A stretch of DNA of 63,861 nucleotides, the filler included, from Reticulomyxa filosa (lineage: Eukaryota > Protista > Foraminifera), in NCBI GenBank assembly GCA_000512085.1. It is 22 parts of 22 records of this genome, joined end to end, with 100 filler letters (N's around TTAATTAATTAA, not from the genome) between each part and the next. Parts side by side here need not be neighbours in the genome. Positions count along the whole stretch, not along the records: positions 62,772 to 63,861 come from ASPP01043140.1; 21 more parts are not named here. The stretch is one strand, 5' to 3'. The translations under genes and the position numbers were made by a program. Shown here in pieces: positions 63,227 through 63,861 of this stretch. How positions within the stretch are numbered: position 1 is the stretch's first letter; every line of letters begins with the position of its first letter. The notes beneath the pieces were generated by a model. That model was given only the letters and a program-made list of their open reading frames with translations. It had not been told where the DNA came from and did no database searches.

Positions 63227-63861
63227 TCTTTTGTCCTCCGTTTGTCCCCTTTCTTACCAGGTACACTGAAATGGAAGGACATCAAATGAGCAATAAAGCC
63301 ACTTTAAGAAAAAAACAAAAAAATGTTGTGGCAAACGAATACATTTATAAAACGTTAAATTGACGTCATACGATTTGTAGAAATGCCGAGTTTATTGAAG
63401 AAGGACATGTGTACAAAAAAATCTTAGTTATAATTGAAATATGTGCAAATACGCATCCACCAAATAAAAAGATTGCCAGAAAAATGAATATATTGCCAAC
63501 AACAATCGTTTTAGAAATAAGAACCCTAAGAAGACTGTTTATCACTTAGTAAGCAGCTCATCAATCTAAATTCTCCTTTTTCGCAAAGTTAAAACCACAG
63601 TCATTGATAATCAATACGTACACACGCAACAAACGCACTCAAGTGTTGCAATGCTTTCCGAATTTGTGGTGAAAAACTCTTTCCACGATACTCGGATGCA
63701 CAATATACATCAAAGATCCACCCAACATTGTTATCAGTTTCATTGCGAAACTCCATTTGTGGTGACTTCATTCAACATGACCAAAGTAAATACCATTCAT
63801 TGAAGTGTGCACTCGAGACTATCTGAGAGAGCTCACATGCACTAAATACCGCATCAAAGCG

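Noticed and set aside
63677-63726. GNAT acetyltransferase motif A (VGWIFDVYCASEYRGKS) on the minus strand
   Set aside because: The match is too short, lacks the G.G/A continuation, and has no supporting flanking ORF.
1-63861. rRNA, tRNA or CRISPR arrays
   Set aside because: None were recognisable by eye. A tRNAscan-SE/Infernal run would be needed to exclude small RNAs formally.

Overview
This window is not one locus. It is 22 unrelated short contigs (about 1-8 kb) joined by 21 identical artificial 100-nt spacers (N44-TTAATTAATTAA-N44), so gene neighbourhoods across spacers mean nothing. All but one contig are very AT-rich, intron-containing eukaryotic DNA. The repeated gene families (WD40 ending in GPIRIWG, MGN-Kelch, caspase-like, ART-like, CUE-like) and many decayed copies look like the foraminiferan Reticulomyxa filosa; this is recognition from memory, not a database result. 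Recognisable genes are CSTF1/CstF-50, an HDHD3-like HAD hydrolase, a delta-9 fatty acid desaturase, ANAPC4, a Kelch protein, a bacterial-type SDR with introns, a VPS37A/TSG101-like UEV protein, an ABCG transporter, a USP remnant, an AIG1-like GTPase, TOP3A, an ankyrin+split-PH protein and PPP4R1. Mobile DNA includes a Tc1/mariner transposase pseudogene with a dispersed TA|CAGT TIR family, LINE RT and RNase H fragments, and a ~740-bp foldback inverted repeat. One GC-rich contig (21746-23200) is proteobacterial (fleR-fliE). I found no convincing complete novel multi-gene system. The best leads are the intron-bearing BfgV-like SDR (candidate horizontal transfer), the foldback element upstream of TOP3A, the unusual intron architecture (A-tract acceptors, T/A hairpins, complementary pentamer arrays) and the hybrid TOP3A/TOP3B-like zinc tail.
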